A DNA stretch of 64,000 nucleotides, from the NCBI GenBank assembly GCA_043228905.1, contig JBHGNT010000004.1, positions 1,860,001 to 1,924,000 on the forward strand, in the 5' to 3' direction. Positions 1-18,754 of the stretch are shown here, piece after piece; the stretch's first letter is position 1, and each line of letters begins with the position of its first letter. A program made the translations under genes and the position numbers. The notes beneath the pieces were generated by a model. It ran no database searches, had not been told where the DNA came from, and saw nothing but the letters and a program-made list of their open reading frames with translations. Origin of the DNA: Azolla caroliniana (Eukaryota; Plantae; Polypodiophyta).

Positions 1-164
1 TCATAACAGCACCATCAGCTATATATAATATCACGGAATGTTATGGATTGTCATGAGTTTTATTGATTGTTCTAGAGAAAATAAATAAATTGGCAATTCT
101 TGGTGGAAACATCCTAAAATAACTTTGGAAAGTAAGCAAAGGTTTTGAAAGACAAGCTAATTAC

Positions 165-6069
<5,905 letters not shown>

Positions 6070-7555
6070 GTGGGAGATAGCTTTGGACTTGAGGCAGGAA
6101 GGATTATGTAGACCGAGATTATGTATGTATATATGTATGTATGTATATATGTAGAGGAGGAGGATTAGGGAAGTGCTCTCAGAAGCTAAATTTAAAAAAG
6201 GTCCTTCCTCATCATCTCATCATTGTTAGTTGATTGACATAAATCTTTCATCATCAACAAAATTAATATACATTTTAGCTACACAAAAGAATATATGCTA
6301 AAGAAATCTAGTACATTAATTTAGTACGGATGAGGCCTCTGTGTGTCTGTGTCTGTGTCTTGACATAGAGTTATGCACATACAAAGTACAAGGTCCAAAT
6401 TATGTACATGTACAGAGGTCTCTGGTGTCTCTGTCTCTGCCTAAGTAAATTGTCTGCTTAAGTATGTAAATTGGAGTGTGTCTCTGTGTAGGTGAGCCAC
6501 TTTGAGTCTTGAATGGCCCCCACCTCATAGATATGTATGTATAGCTCATGGGGCTCTCATCTTTTATCATTCACTTTCATTTTAGATGAAACATGGACGG
6601 ACACTCTCATTTGGGATTAGGGACACACACAAACAAACAAACAACGGACAAAAAGGACCCGCATCCGAAATCAACGTTTCACCACACATTGTTCTTTCAT
6701 CTCCCCGGACGCGGACGACAAGACAGAAAGCTAAGTTTTTGTAGCTCTCAACCGATGATGGGACAATGATATCAATATCTCATGATCTCGATCCCATTCA
6801 TATCTGTAGACTCAGTCTGTGTGTAAGCATAACAATTTTTACAAGATGGTGTACGTCCATCTATATCCATGATCTCTTCACCAGTGCACATCTTTGTTGT
6901 AGATCCTGACAATTCACCCTATCAACTCTAATCCTTTTTAATCTAGAAAATGGGTTGCTAATTCTACAAACATTGGGTCATCTCTTAAAACAACGTTAAC
7001 ATTGTATTTTACATGGGATAGATAATGCACAAACTAACACCACCTTGCATAATTGAACTACCATGATATGTTTTTCGACATATAACACTCATAATTAGCT
7101 TAGCATTACAAACAATCTAGTAGGTAACTCTAGATCATCCAAGTTGGTACCTTATGCCACAACATCAGTAATCATGGTTGCAACCTTGAACAAAAGAATC
7201 AAGTTTATTGTATTAAGTTATTAACCATACCGCATTATTTCCCAATGTTGATTGAATTTTGGGGGGAGTTCCTAACATTTTATCAAAAGGTCAAATATTA
7301 GATATTTGTGTATCTTTATCATATTGTTGGGTTGCTAATACGTTTAGAAGCTATAGTCTACGTATAAATAGGTGTATTGTTTTCTTGAAATATCATGGAC
7401 TCTATTAATAGTTCAAAGTCTATCATCTTTGGGTAAGACCTAGAATAAAAGAACCTTATCTTCATGGACGATGAATAAGGGCATAGGGTGGGGACATCTT
7501 TTGACACTAATCACGAGCATCTCTTTAACAAGTATATTTCTCTTTTTTTATTATG

Positions 7556-7775
7556 ACTAGTTCATCAAATTTGTTAGTATGTCAATAGTTGTAGACTTGA
7601 CGATTCTTGTAAAAAATAAAACTAGGTGTGAAGTAATGATGTTAATGCAACAATTTCATTAGTATGCTAGCCACTACTAGTTCATCAAATTTGCTAGTAT
7701 GCCGGTAGCTAAAGACTTGATAATTCTTGTAAAAAATAACACAAGTTGTGAAGTAATGGTGTCGATGCAATAGTT
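7556..7775. repeat. Degenerate tandem duplication, 120-bp period
   Basis: actagttcatcaaatttg...cttgtaaaaaataa...gtgaagtaatg occurs at 7556 and 7676. Confidence 0.75.
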
Positions 7776-8039
7776 TGCACGTTCACATCATATTTCTTCT
7801 TATTTATCTAAGGCTATAGAAAAGATTTTATGATAAAGTTGACACCTTCCTATTGTTTTTCATATGGTGATGGTACCTATTGTTTTTCATAAGTTGTCTA
7901 TGTATGGAATCTTTTCCCACACTTAACTTTTGCAACATTAGGAAAACATAAAAAGTCATTTACGTTACATATTTGAATAGTAAAACTATTGCATTAATTT
8001 CCATGGTTCTAAAAACTAGAGAGATGGAATTTGATCTCT

Positions 8040-9330
8040 TTATTTCAAAGATTTGAAGATGAAATAGTTGAAAAAACACACCACTAGCATATAGGAAGAA
8101 AAAGGCTTGGAATCAACTTGTCCATGCAAGACATAGGGTTTGATGGCCCTGGACCCTAATATCTTGTTTACAATGATTTTGTAAGGTATGTTGGATCGGG
8201 TTACAAAACCATGGATGAACCAATTTATGCATTTTTTGTTTGTCATCTTGTTATTGGTTGTCTCCTATTACTCTCATATATGTAGTCGTAGACTATCTCT
8301 TTTGCCTTTTGCTTTAGAAAAGAGTAGTTCTATGAGATTCCACTCGGTTGCTCTTACCACAAAGTTGCTATAAATGAAGTCATTCCAAAATTGCTAGAGG
8401 TGCGTGGAACCAAACCCCGACATGGTCCCTTAAGGTGTGAGTGGCTTGTAGGCTCGTATTTTGTTTGAACCATTCTATATGATCATAACCACTGACAAAA
8501 CTTATAAAAGGAGGTAGAAGTTTAATTGTTGGGGTCACATGACAATGAGAGGGAGTAGGCCTCCACACTTGGCCCATTAAGGCCAATAGCATTTAAATTG
8601 ACTAGAGAGCAACACTTAATTATAAATTGGGTGTATCGGTCATTTGGGCTACCATGTCAATGTTGTGAGTATTCTATGCTTGGCGTATTGGTGGAGTCCT
8701 CAAGGTAACCAAGTATGAAAAGGTATGTTAGTTACCATTCACAATGATAGTTATATGTGGTTGGGATCCTATTGTGGTTTGTCGTTGAAAAGTAGAAATT
8801 TTAACAAAGTTAAATCTGATCACGATTTTCATTAATATGGTCGTATATATGTAGTCCTCATGAGCCTAAGCCATTTTCACATTCCACATCTCTATTTATA
8901 CAATTGGGTTACTACATAGGTCCATGGCTAAGGATTAATTAGATCTCGATTAGCATTTCCTCAAGGTGTTTATTGCTAGCTAGTTGGTTCGACCGGAGAT
9001 TAATCTCTATGTTCAGGGTGAGTTCGAGTGCCTCTTTGCTGCACACACAATTGCCAAAAGTCAACTCTACTCAACCCTTCCCAAGGGAGGGATAGGTGGA
9101 TGTAAGTCTAGTTGATATGTCTCACGATTCTCATTTAGGTCTATATTTTTAAGATTGACGTTAGTCTTTTAGTGGTTTGGTGGTAGAGGGGGTGTACAAT
9201 TGATTCTGTGTGTGTGTGTGTGTGTGTTCGTCAACTTGAAGACTCACCAGAAGATAAATTACCACGATAGATGAGAGTGAGCTCGATAAAAATTCCCTAC
9301 TCACTTAACCTTCTGACTCTGGATAGGCAT
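8040..9330. repeat. Old degenerate dispersed repeat, probably an LTR-retrotransposon remnant
   Basis: 8180-8370 resembles 34230-34430; 8860-9270 resembles 57100-57210 and 57825-58090 (shared tcaacccttcccaagggagggataggtg). No intact ORF. Confidence 0.55.
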
Positions 9331-9903
9331 CAACCCCCATACATGGTCTTACGACTTTGTCGAGCTCTATGTTTTTGGTAAACAATCGCCTGGGTCTAGT
9401 CATTGCAACCTCCTATGTGAGAAGGCACCCTTTCTCCAGAATTTACTAGACTATTTGGTTGAGTTCCTTAGAGAAAGTTGTCTCAAGACCCAAAGATGTT
9501 TCAAGGGACATACCATTGTCTACCCTTTCATGGGTGAGACAAGTGAAAACCCTCAAGCTACAAATGCTTAAACTAACTACCAAGAAAAACTCTAAACGAA
9601 AATCCACAACTTAATAATACCCACAAGACAAGAACTTTTACATAAACATGAATAGACTTTTACCACATTTCCCACATGTTGTGCAAAACGATATACGAAC
9701 AAGAGATCAGCAACTCAATCATGATTTGTGTTATGAAATGATGTCCCTCCTTATGGGAGAAGAGGTCGATTTGGCTAAGAGCTCATAGAAAGACAACTAA
9801 AGGTCTAAGAGCCGACTATCCGGCTAAGGGTTGAATGCTAGTTGGGAGTAGGCTAAGGTTAAGCGTCGAATAAGTTGAAGCCGATTCAACTAGGGACAAA
9901 TAT

Positions 9904-9956
<53 letters not shown>

Positions 9957-12051
9957 TATGTATATATATATATGTCTGTGTGTGTTGTTGTGTAGTGGAG
10001 CAAGAATAGGAATAGTTAGTTAGTTAGGAGAAGCAACAAGAACATAAAGTTTGTAACTAAAACTATTATAAATAGAAACCAAGTAAATGACCAACGGGTC
10101 ATATTTCGAGCTATCTTGTGTATGTTACATTTGTGGAGATAACGGGCTCTCACCACGCCGATTGAGGAGGGTGTCAGTACTCTAGCCGACTTCTTGACAG
10201 AGCACACCGAGCCGACTCTCCTCATCAACAGTCGATAATCACAGCCCGGCACCATCCACAACACAAAGATCTCATACACCATGCAACAACCGGAGGGGGA
10301 CAACACTGTCAGCATGCAACCTAAATTCATAGAACATGCACTAATTGACTCTACCATGGACCAGATGTTTCAGGCGACGTCGACAATGACGATGCAAGTA
10401 AATCATACGAACCAAACACTTATTACATGCCTTATAAATCAGTCCATAGGCACAACGACCATCAAACATAAAGATTCAAGAATCTACCCAAGATCCTTCT
10501 CAAGCCTTCCTACAATAGATGTCCTAGCTTGGTTGGATTATTTCGACAACATGGCGAGTTACCATGAATGGCACGACGAAAAAAAGGCATTAGAATTGCG
10601 AACGGTGCTAGAGCATGTTGCCGCAATCTGGTTCATTCAACAACCCGAGGAAATCAAACAGAATTGGACCTACTTACGCGAGAAACTCATAGAATACTTC
10701 GCAAACAACGACGTCACACAAATACCCCTCCAACAATTAAACAACCTACGTCAACGGGCACATGAACCCGTGGCACAATTCGTCGTCAAAATGAAGGAGT
10801 TGTTACTGCGTGTCGACCCCAATATTAAGGAGACCATGAAGCTCTATGTTTGACTTCCACAATTAAGCCACGAAATATATCGTCGTGTCAGAGACCAAGG
10901 CCCAACTACATTCCAAATAGTTGTGCAAATCGCACAACGAATAGAGGCATCAAATTACATTGACCTATCACAACTGACACCACTTGCAAATAACAATATT
11001 CAAAAAACAACAATTGAGCCAACTGCTGGCCCAATGGATATATAGATGTCCAAAATGCACAATTTAGCACTAAAAAGAGCTTACCAGATCGAGACAATCA
11101 TGGTAAGCCCCGTTGTTTCTATTGTAATGGGTACGAACATGTTAAAAAATATTGTAGGAAGTTGGCAGTCTCTAGACATAATCAAAATGCACAAATCCAT
11201 CACAAATCCATTTTTGTCAATGCTGCATCACTCGCCATGGAACAGGGAAACAACCAAGCGGGATGTTGACGAAACAGCAGCTCCCGCACATTCAAGCCGC
11301 AACCTCTTTCGGAGACATGGTATGTTCCACAATAGCACAAATAAATCACACATCACATGAAGCCCTTTTAGATTCAGGAAGCACCATACCTTAAATTAGT
11401 GTAGATTTAGTTAAGTCACTAAATTTACCCACGTCACCCGCAACGCTGATCCAAGTCATCTTTGGCGAGTCAATCAAGCAATACAAGACATGCTAGAGAA
11501 AGACATCATCGATTCATCAAGTAGCGATTGGATTTTAGAGCCACATCTCGTCCGTAAGGACAATGGTACGTTCCTTTTTTGCATCGATTTCAGACCTTTG
11601 AACAAGATCACGAAGCATGATCTCTATCCATTGCCACGCATCAACGACTTGTTGGATCATGTCGGGAACTCAAGATACTTCACATCATTGGATCTTGCAT
11701 CAGGGTACTGGAAGATTCCATTAGATCTTGTCGACAAACATAAAATAACTTTTTGCACACAACATGGTTTATTCTAATTTAAAAGAATGCCATTCGGTCT
11801 ATCCGATGTTGGAAGTACGTTCCAAAGAATGGCAAATACAATTTTTCAAGACCTCATCAATGAAGTCGTGGTACTAGTGTATCTTGATCCATACTTTTGA
11901 TTGCAGCGACACACCCTAGTCTTGGGAGAGGTGCTCTGATGTATCCAGAAATATAATCTGCAACTCATGGAAAAAATATCAGTGGGGTGCAATGTCATTG
12001 AAGTTCTTCAGATTTATCATTTCAGCCACCGGCATTAGCATGGATCTGCAA

Positions 12052-12980
12052 AAATCAAAGCCATAATAGATTATCCAAACCCGGCTAGCATCAAAACACT
12101 ACAAAGTTTCCTAGGCCTAGTGAATTTTTCATTACCGTTTGTACCACAGTTGGCCACGGTCACACAACCTCTTCAAATGCTTTTGAAGAAGGGAACCCAA
12201 TTTACATGGTCCATCGCCTGCATAAACAGTTTTAATGAAATAAAAAAAACTCATCAAAGATGCAACCACATTAGCTTTTCTTGATTTTAATTGGACATTC
12301 TGTGTGTAGGCAGATGCATCTAATGTTGGAATAGGTGCATTATTGTTATAACTAGACCACACAGATGAATGGCAACTTATTGCTTACATCAGCCGAGCAC
12401 TAACAAAAGCAGAACAAAATTACTGAACAACAGAGAAGGAATTCTTGGCAGTGGTCTGGGCCTTCCAGAAATTCCATCCTTATTTGCATGGTACCACAGT
12501 CCAACTCAAGACAGTCCAAATCAAAGCCATAACAGATTATCCAAACCCGGCTAGCATCAAAACACTACAAAGTTTCCTAGGCCTAGTGATTTTTTCATTA
12601 CCGTTTGTACCACAATTGGCCACGGTCACACAACCTCTTCAAATGCTTTTGAAGAAGGGAACCCAATTTACATGGTCCATCGCTTGCATAAACAGTTTTA
12701 ATGAAATAAAAAAAACTCATCAAAGATGCAGCCACATTAGCTTTTCTTGATTTTAATTGGACATTTTGTGTGTAGGCAGATGCAACTAATGTTGGAATAG
12801 GTGCATTATTATTATAACTAGACCACACAGATGAATGGCAACTTATTGCTTACATCAGCCGAGCACTAACAAAAGCAGAACAAAATTACTGAACAACAGA
12901 GAAGGAATTCTTGGCAGTGGTCTGGGCCTTCCAGAAATTCCATCCTTATTTGCATGGTACCACATTCCAACTCAAGACAG
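12052..12980 (+). repeat. 466-bp tandem duplication inside the RT/RNase H region
   Basis: aaatcaaagccata...ccaactcaagacag starts at 12052 and 12518; near-identical ORFs are offset by 466 nt in the ORF track. Confidence 0.92.
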
Positions 12981-13337
12981 ACCATCAACCACTCCTCTCC
13001 TTGATTAACAAATGTCATCCACCTGGATGACTACTCAGGTGGGCATTGGCACTAGAAGAATACAAATTTACCCTAACTTACCATCGAGGCATCACAAATA
13101 TAGTTGCGGATTCCTTATCCCGAATTGAGCATCAAGCCTCCCAACTCAGCATACAAAAGGATGAGCTCCCTATTCACCCTCAACAAATCGCGGAGTTACA
13201 ACAACAAGACCCTACTATTAAGGAGATAATCCAACAACTCCAAGGAGGTAGGAAAAATCACATCCATCGTAAGTTTATAATTATTAATAGCATTTTACAT
13301 TTTGTAAGTCAAGGTCAACCACCACGAGCCTACGTAC

Positions 13338-13825
13338 TGTAATAAACATGACAACAATCATGTCAAGATTTGAACTCTTGACCTCTTGACATATATAGTC
13401 AAGTATTGTGTTCTAACCAACACATCCAAACATATAGTCATATATGCATATCTTAATAGATTATTAGTAGATTATCTATTTCATATTCTAGGAATTTTTA
13501 GAAAGTTCTAGAACTAGAAGGTTCTAGAGGGTTCTAGAATATTCTCCAAAATATTCTAATGCATGTACTTTGACTCATAGTATAAATACTTGTAACCTCC
13601 TTAGTCCCTTTCGAGGGATTTGACGCCAGTCATTGACACATCAATCTAGTATTCTCGTTTCGCCTCATCTTTGTCTCCTTGATCTTTATTTTTGTCTTCA
13701 TGCCCTCATGTCGCTCACAACATCTAGTGTTCCTAGCCTTGTCACATCTAGCTCCAAGTTCATCCGTCACTCGTAGCCCCATCATCCGTGCTCCGTCCTA
13801 ATCCGCACTTGGTGTGTCCGTGACA
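13338..13825 (+). mobile_element. Solo LTR inserted in Gypsy pol
   Basis: TG...CA ends, 5-bp TSD CGTAC on both sides, TATA box ~13580; the host frame PRAYV|LEALH rejoins when it is removed. Confidence 0.85.
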
Positions 13826-15227
13826 CGTACTAGAGGCTCTTCATCCAAGCTATCTAGAGTTCTACCACAATAGTCAACTCACCGGCCGCATCGGATTCTA
13901 TAAGTTGTTACATCGCATTCGGTCCCTCTACTATTGACCCAAGCTTCCTCAATCCATCTCCCAATTCCTGAAAGCATGTCCAACATGTCAGTCAATGAAG
14001 GCTCCACAACAATCGTATGGAACATTACATCCCATAGAAGTCATAGAGCCCTTCGAATTGGTGGGTTGGGACCTCATGGGCCCTTTCCCTACATCAATTC
14101 ATGGCAATAAGTACATTTTGGTGATCACTGAATACTTAACCCACTGGTGTGAGGCGATTGCCCTATCCGATGCCACAGGTAACTCGGTCACCCATGCACT
14201 ATTTCAACAAGTTATTTTTCCCCATGGTTGTCCACGTCAACTTTTGTCGAACAAAGGATCACAATTCCACAATGAGGTTATTCACATACTTAGCCACAAT
14301 TTGGGCATCACACAACTCTTCACATTGCCGAATCATCCGCAGTCTAATGGGCTAACTGAATGCCTAAATCGAACAATTAAACAAGTAATCTCAGCATATG
14401 TGGACCCATTACACCAATCATAGGATCAAGTTCTACCCTTTGATGTTCATGCATACAATACCTCAGTACAATCTACTCGCATCAGCCCTTTTCGGGCATT
14501 GTATGGTCATGATCCAAGGTTGCCATCATACATACATTCCATAAAAACCCAACCACCCACATGGATGCAACCGAATGGTAGTTGCACCTCTAGGTGAATC
14601 AGCCACTATTGCGACGCGCAATCCAACACAACCTACACGTGGCCCAACAACGACAAAAAAACATTTTGACGCTTCTCACACGTCACTCAAACTATAAATA
14701 GGAGATTCACAATCAAGTATACTACCCAATTCGCAAGACAGGACTTTTCGAATCATTCATGCATAGATGGGTAGGTCCTTACATTGTTTTGGCACACATC
14801 AGACCACAGACATGTGGTCTTCTACGCACATCAAATTCCTCTGTGACAGTAGCTCACATATGCCGAATTAAACGCGTACCTGTAGCTACTCCAGATGCAT
14901 GCCGCAAGCTATGAGCCGAGGATCGGATTACATGCACCTCGTGAGGTCGTTCCTCTTTGATTCTGCAATCGAGGTTCCCCCTGTGGGTCGTTCACCATAA
15001 ACCCTATTTTTTTAACTTCCAAAAGAGGGGGAGAAGGGGGAGTGTCGTGATAAGCCCTAACACCCCTTTTTCAAAAAGGGGGAAGTGTTTGTGTAGTGGA
15101 GCAAGAATGGGAATAGTTAGTTAGTTAGTTAGTTAGGAGAAGCAACAAGAACATAAAGTTTGTAATTAAAACTATTATAAATAGAAACCAAGTAAATGAC
15201 CAAGGGGTCATTTTTCGAGCTATCTAC

Positions 15228-15261
<34 letters not shown>

Positions 15262-15286
15262 TGTATGTATGTATGTATGTATGTGT

Positions 15287-15470
15287 CTATGTATGTAAAC
15301 CCCCAGGACAATAGAGATATACAACAAAGCAACGAACTGTGGGTGGAGGAGATAGTGTAACAATTGACCCTCGATATGTATGTATGTATGTAAACCCCTA
15401 GGACAATAGAGATATACAACAAAGCAACGAACTGTGGGTGGAGGAGATAGTGTAACAGCTGACCCTCGAA
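15287..15470. repeat. Two-copy ~95-bp tandem repeat next to a (TATG)n microsatellite, within the Copia LTR
   Basis: tatgtaaacccc.aggacaatagagatatacaacaaagcaacgaactgtgggtggaggagatagtgtaaca..tgaccctcga occurs twice. Confidence 0.85.
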
Positions 15471-16652
15471 TCAGATCTTTAGATCAATGGCTTTGCATAG
15501 ACCAAGTGTTGTTGCTTCTTGGTTTTTGCCTTCTTGTTTGTTAGCTGTGTATATCCATCTATTGTGGCGAAGATCAGACCAAGGTTGTGGCCTTTAGTTC
15601 TTATACACACTCTTATATACTGATTCTGTTTGGAGTATGTGGGCTCCTATGGTTTTTTCCATTTAGGGTTTCCATGTTAAAATTTGTGTCTCTACATTTC
15701 CTGTACTTTCTATTTTTGTGGCTCTCACCTCTGTTTCCTTGTCGGTAGAGCCAACCCCATATTCACAATAAACTGGTATCAAAGCGAGAGGTGTTCCCTT
15801 GCAAGTGTAAGAATATGGATGAATCCATCGATGGGATGTTCAAGCTTATTGGCCCAAACTATTGAGTTTGGAAGTCGATGATGAGAGGCATGCTTGTGTT
15901 TAAAGAACTGTGGTTGCCAGTACAATATGGAAAGGACAAACTTGACAAAATAGATGCTCTGGCTTGGGAATCCATGTATCTAAAGGCAGCTGCATATATA
16001 TGGTGTTTTATAGTCATGAGTCTATATAACAACTTCAATGATGAGACAAAAGTCGATGTCCTATTGAAGAAGATTGGAAGCATGTTTGAGACAAAGAATG
16101 CTTTGAATGGAGTATTTGTCTTTAGGAGGATAGTGTGGTTGAGATGTCAAGATGGCTCAAGCATGGTTGAGCACCAGAATGTGTTACCGATTAGGAACAC
16201 TATCTACGGTCAGTCCTTCGACCTAGACCTCAAGGTGACTGCGGTTGCAAGGAATGGTACCGTTGTACCATAATACATAATGGAATACTTCCCCGTATCC
16301 CGGTAGCGTATAAGGGAGACGGCTATAACCGAACTCCTTAGGAAGTGCACTTAGTATCCGCACTTACGCCTACAACTTTACGATTACACTCCGCCACAGA
16401 GAACAAAGAACACAATAGATAAAACCACAAATATGCACAGAAATCAGAGAAGATAGTATTCTATTAGAATAACGCTCTAGGCACCAAAATTACATGCTAC
16501 CTCTTATAGAGGATTTCTACCCTTTATATACATAGGGTCTTTTAGCCGTTCACGCTTCCCGCGTGAACCGTTACATGCATTTCTTACGCTTTTACTATAT
16601 TCTAATATTTCTACGCTTCTGTCTGTCGGTTACTATTCCGGCGGAAAACACC

Positions 16653-16695
16653 TGGCACGCCTGTGGGACAGTGCCATGGCACGTCAGACCCACCC
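16653..16695 (-). promoter_or_regulatory. Inverted second tRNA-Arg site plus hairpin at the position normally occupied by the PPT
   Basis: Element-sense sequence GTGGG-TCTG-AC-GTGCCATGGCAC-T-GT-CCCAC-AGGCGTGCCA, then GG and the 3' LTR start TGTT. Confidence 0.75.
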
Positions 16696-16881
16696 CTTTA
16701 ATCTTCCTCCAAAATGGCCTAGATGTTTGGTTCCGCCTCGATGTGCTCGTTCGGGAACGGCGTAGTGTCCGTAGGCGCGTCGTTGCATGGTTCCATGTCT
16801 TGTATTTGCTCGGAGGGGCTTTCCATGGTGTCATTGTCTCCCTGTGTGGGCGGTCCGGGCTCTACTGGCTCATCCGTCTAT

Positions 16882-17235
16882 TGTCAAGATTCAAACTCTT
16901 GACACGACCATGTTATAATCTAGTATTATGAGTTAACCAAGATATCTAGTACATAGTTATGTATGTAATTGGTCCTTATTATTTTGCTAGCATCATGTGT
17001 ATAGTTGCTCCCTTGTAGTATTTACACTTGGCACATGCATGCATACCTACATGCTCTATTGTAGATTCACATGCGTGCAACAAGTATGCATGCCATGTAG
17101 TATAAATAGAGGAGTTCACCTTGAAGGAATTCAAGGTGAACAACACCAGTTATGGAGTCTTTCCTTTAATACTATCTTCTTTCTTGTCCATTTGGTTATC
17201 TTCTTGCTTGTCTCTTGAGCTTATGATCCGTGACA
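16882..17235 (+). mobile_element. Solo LTR related to the one at 13338-13825
   Basis: Starts tgtcaagattcaaactcttgac and ends tccgtgaca, both motifs shared with 13338-13825; TATA box at ~17100; TSD TCTAT/TCTGT; host ORF rejoins. Confidence 0.8.
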
Positions 17236-18004
17236 TCTGTGAGCTCTCAGTAGGTTGAGGCTCTGTCCTATCCGTAACTTCCTCCGTGTTGCTGGCCGTA
17301 GTCGTACGCTCCGGTGAATGGGGCTGAGGTTCGTCCTGTTCGGCGGTCTCACTTTCTGGTATCGCAATGGGCTCCACTCGTTGTTCCGTGATCTCTATCG
17401 TAGTTGTTATTTCCGGTGACGTGGGCTGAGGTTCCTCTTGTTCAGCAGTATCACTTACTGGTATCATGATGGGTTCCTCGTTTGGTCGCGTGCTGCCGGC
17501 TTGCATGATTTGGTGAAACATGTCCTCTTGACTTTCGCCAAAATCGTCTAGTAGCTGCGCGAGTTCCTCGGAGTGTTGGTCCGCTAGAGTGCGATAATCC
17601 TGCGCTAGGTCCTCGCGTACTACTGCAATGCTTTCCTCATTGAGTTTGTAGAAACCTCGGTCGTCTTTCCTTCGGTTCTCCCAGTCCGCTCGGTAAGTAT
17701 GCAACTCCGCCGTTTGTGCAGTCCACGCCATCCAGTCTTTGTCTAGCGCCGCTTGTAATTGCGCCGTAAACCTCTCCCGATTTGTTTGAAGAAGTATGCG
17801 CACGCTGTCGGTTATTACTTGGCAGCGGTTACGCGCTTCTTCCATGGTTTTCTTGAGCTTCTCGATTTCTTGCTTACTGACAGCCGCCGCTTCCTCATAA
17901 TTGCTTCATTCTTGCCCTCATAATTTCATTACTGACAGCCGCCGCTTCCTCATAATTTCTTGAGCTTCTCGATTTCTTCAGTTTCTCTTCGAGGTCCTTC
18001 ACGG

Positions 18005-18754
18005 TGTCGTGAAGAATTTCATCCAGAGGCGGAAACCGGGAAATATTGGCTACATCGGCGGGGTGCACCATGTGCACTCACCCTCGTGTAATTGTGTAAA
18101 TAATAGGAGTTAAGTTGGGACGAAGAATCCCATGTAAATCGGGATTTATCCCACATTTTAACGCATCCCCCTCCTTATTCTATAAAAGGAAGGGATGGTC
18201 CCTTGTAGAGGGGTTGCCCGTTTTGTGTTAGAGGGTATACCGTTAGGTTTAGAGTTAGTTTTCTTCTTCTTCTTCTTCTTGGCAGGGAGGTCGACCGTTG
18301 AGGGTTGTCTTTGCTAGGTCTCCTGTGCAAGACCCCGCTCCGCGTGACGAGCCCGAGAGCTCCCCGGACGGCGACTTGGCAGTAGACTGCTGCTGTAACC
18401 TACCCTACCATGGTCCGGCTCGAAGCCGGGGTTGTATTCTTTCCCTTGTAATACTTACATTTGCGTCTGTTTGTGCATATTCGTGTCTCTGTTGGTGTCG
18501 GGCGCTTCCCCTTTCCTGCGTTTCCTGTACATAAGGGCGTGAGTCGGGTCGGCCTGTGTGTGTGTGTGCATGTGTGTGCGTGAGTCGGTGTCAAGCACGT
18601 GCTCCCTTTCTTTCTCTCTCTCCCTTCGGTTGCTTCCGGTGTGCTTCTGGGATGCCCCGGAAACGGTGAAGTACGACTCCCTACGCTCCGCACTCCCTAG
18701 TCCAAGACCCCCGTGGTCCCGCCTTTCTCCACGCACACGCGTAACAACGTGACA
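18005..18754 (+). mobile_element. Solo LTR, TGTCGTGAAG family
   Basis: TGTCGTGAAG...AACAACGTGACA, 4-bp TSD ACGG/ACGG, TATA box ctataaaagg at ~18180. Confidence 0.92.

Larger units (their letters stand above)
9986..15225 (+). mobile_element. Degenerate Ty3/Gypsy LTR retrotransposon with very short LTRs
   Basis: LTR 9986-10129 (TG...CA) repeated from 15086 (3' end lost in a microsatellite). PBS-like tgtggagataacggg at ~10132; PPT aaaaagggggaag at 15073-15085. Gag 10281-10853, RT from 11490 (DFRPLN, LDLASGYW, MPFGL), RNase H (DASNVGIGA), integrase 13995-14423 (WDLMGP, PQSNGLTE), GPY-like motif ~14770. Many stops and frameshifts. Confidence 0.9.

Noticed and set aside
17850-17980. Short shuffled duplications in the accessory ORF
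   Set aside because: Looks like a local repair or template-switch scar that frameshifts a dead element.
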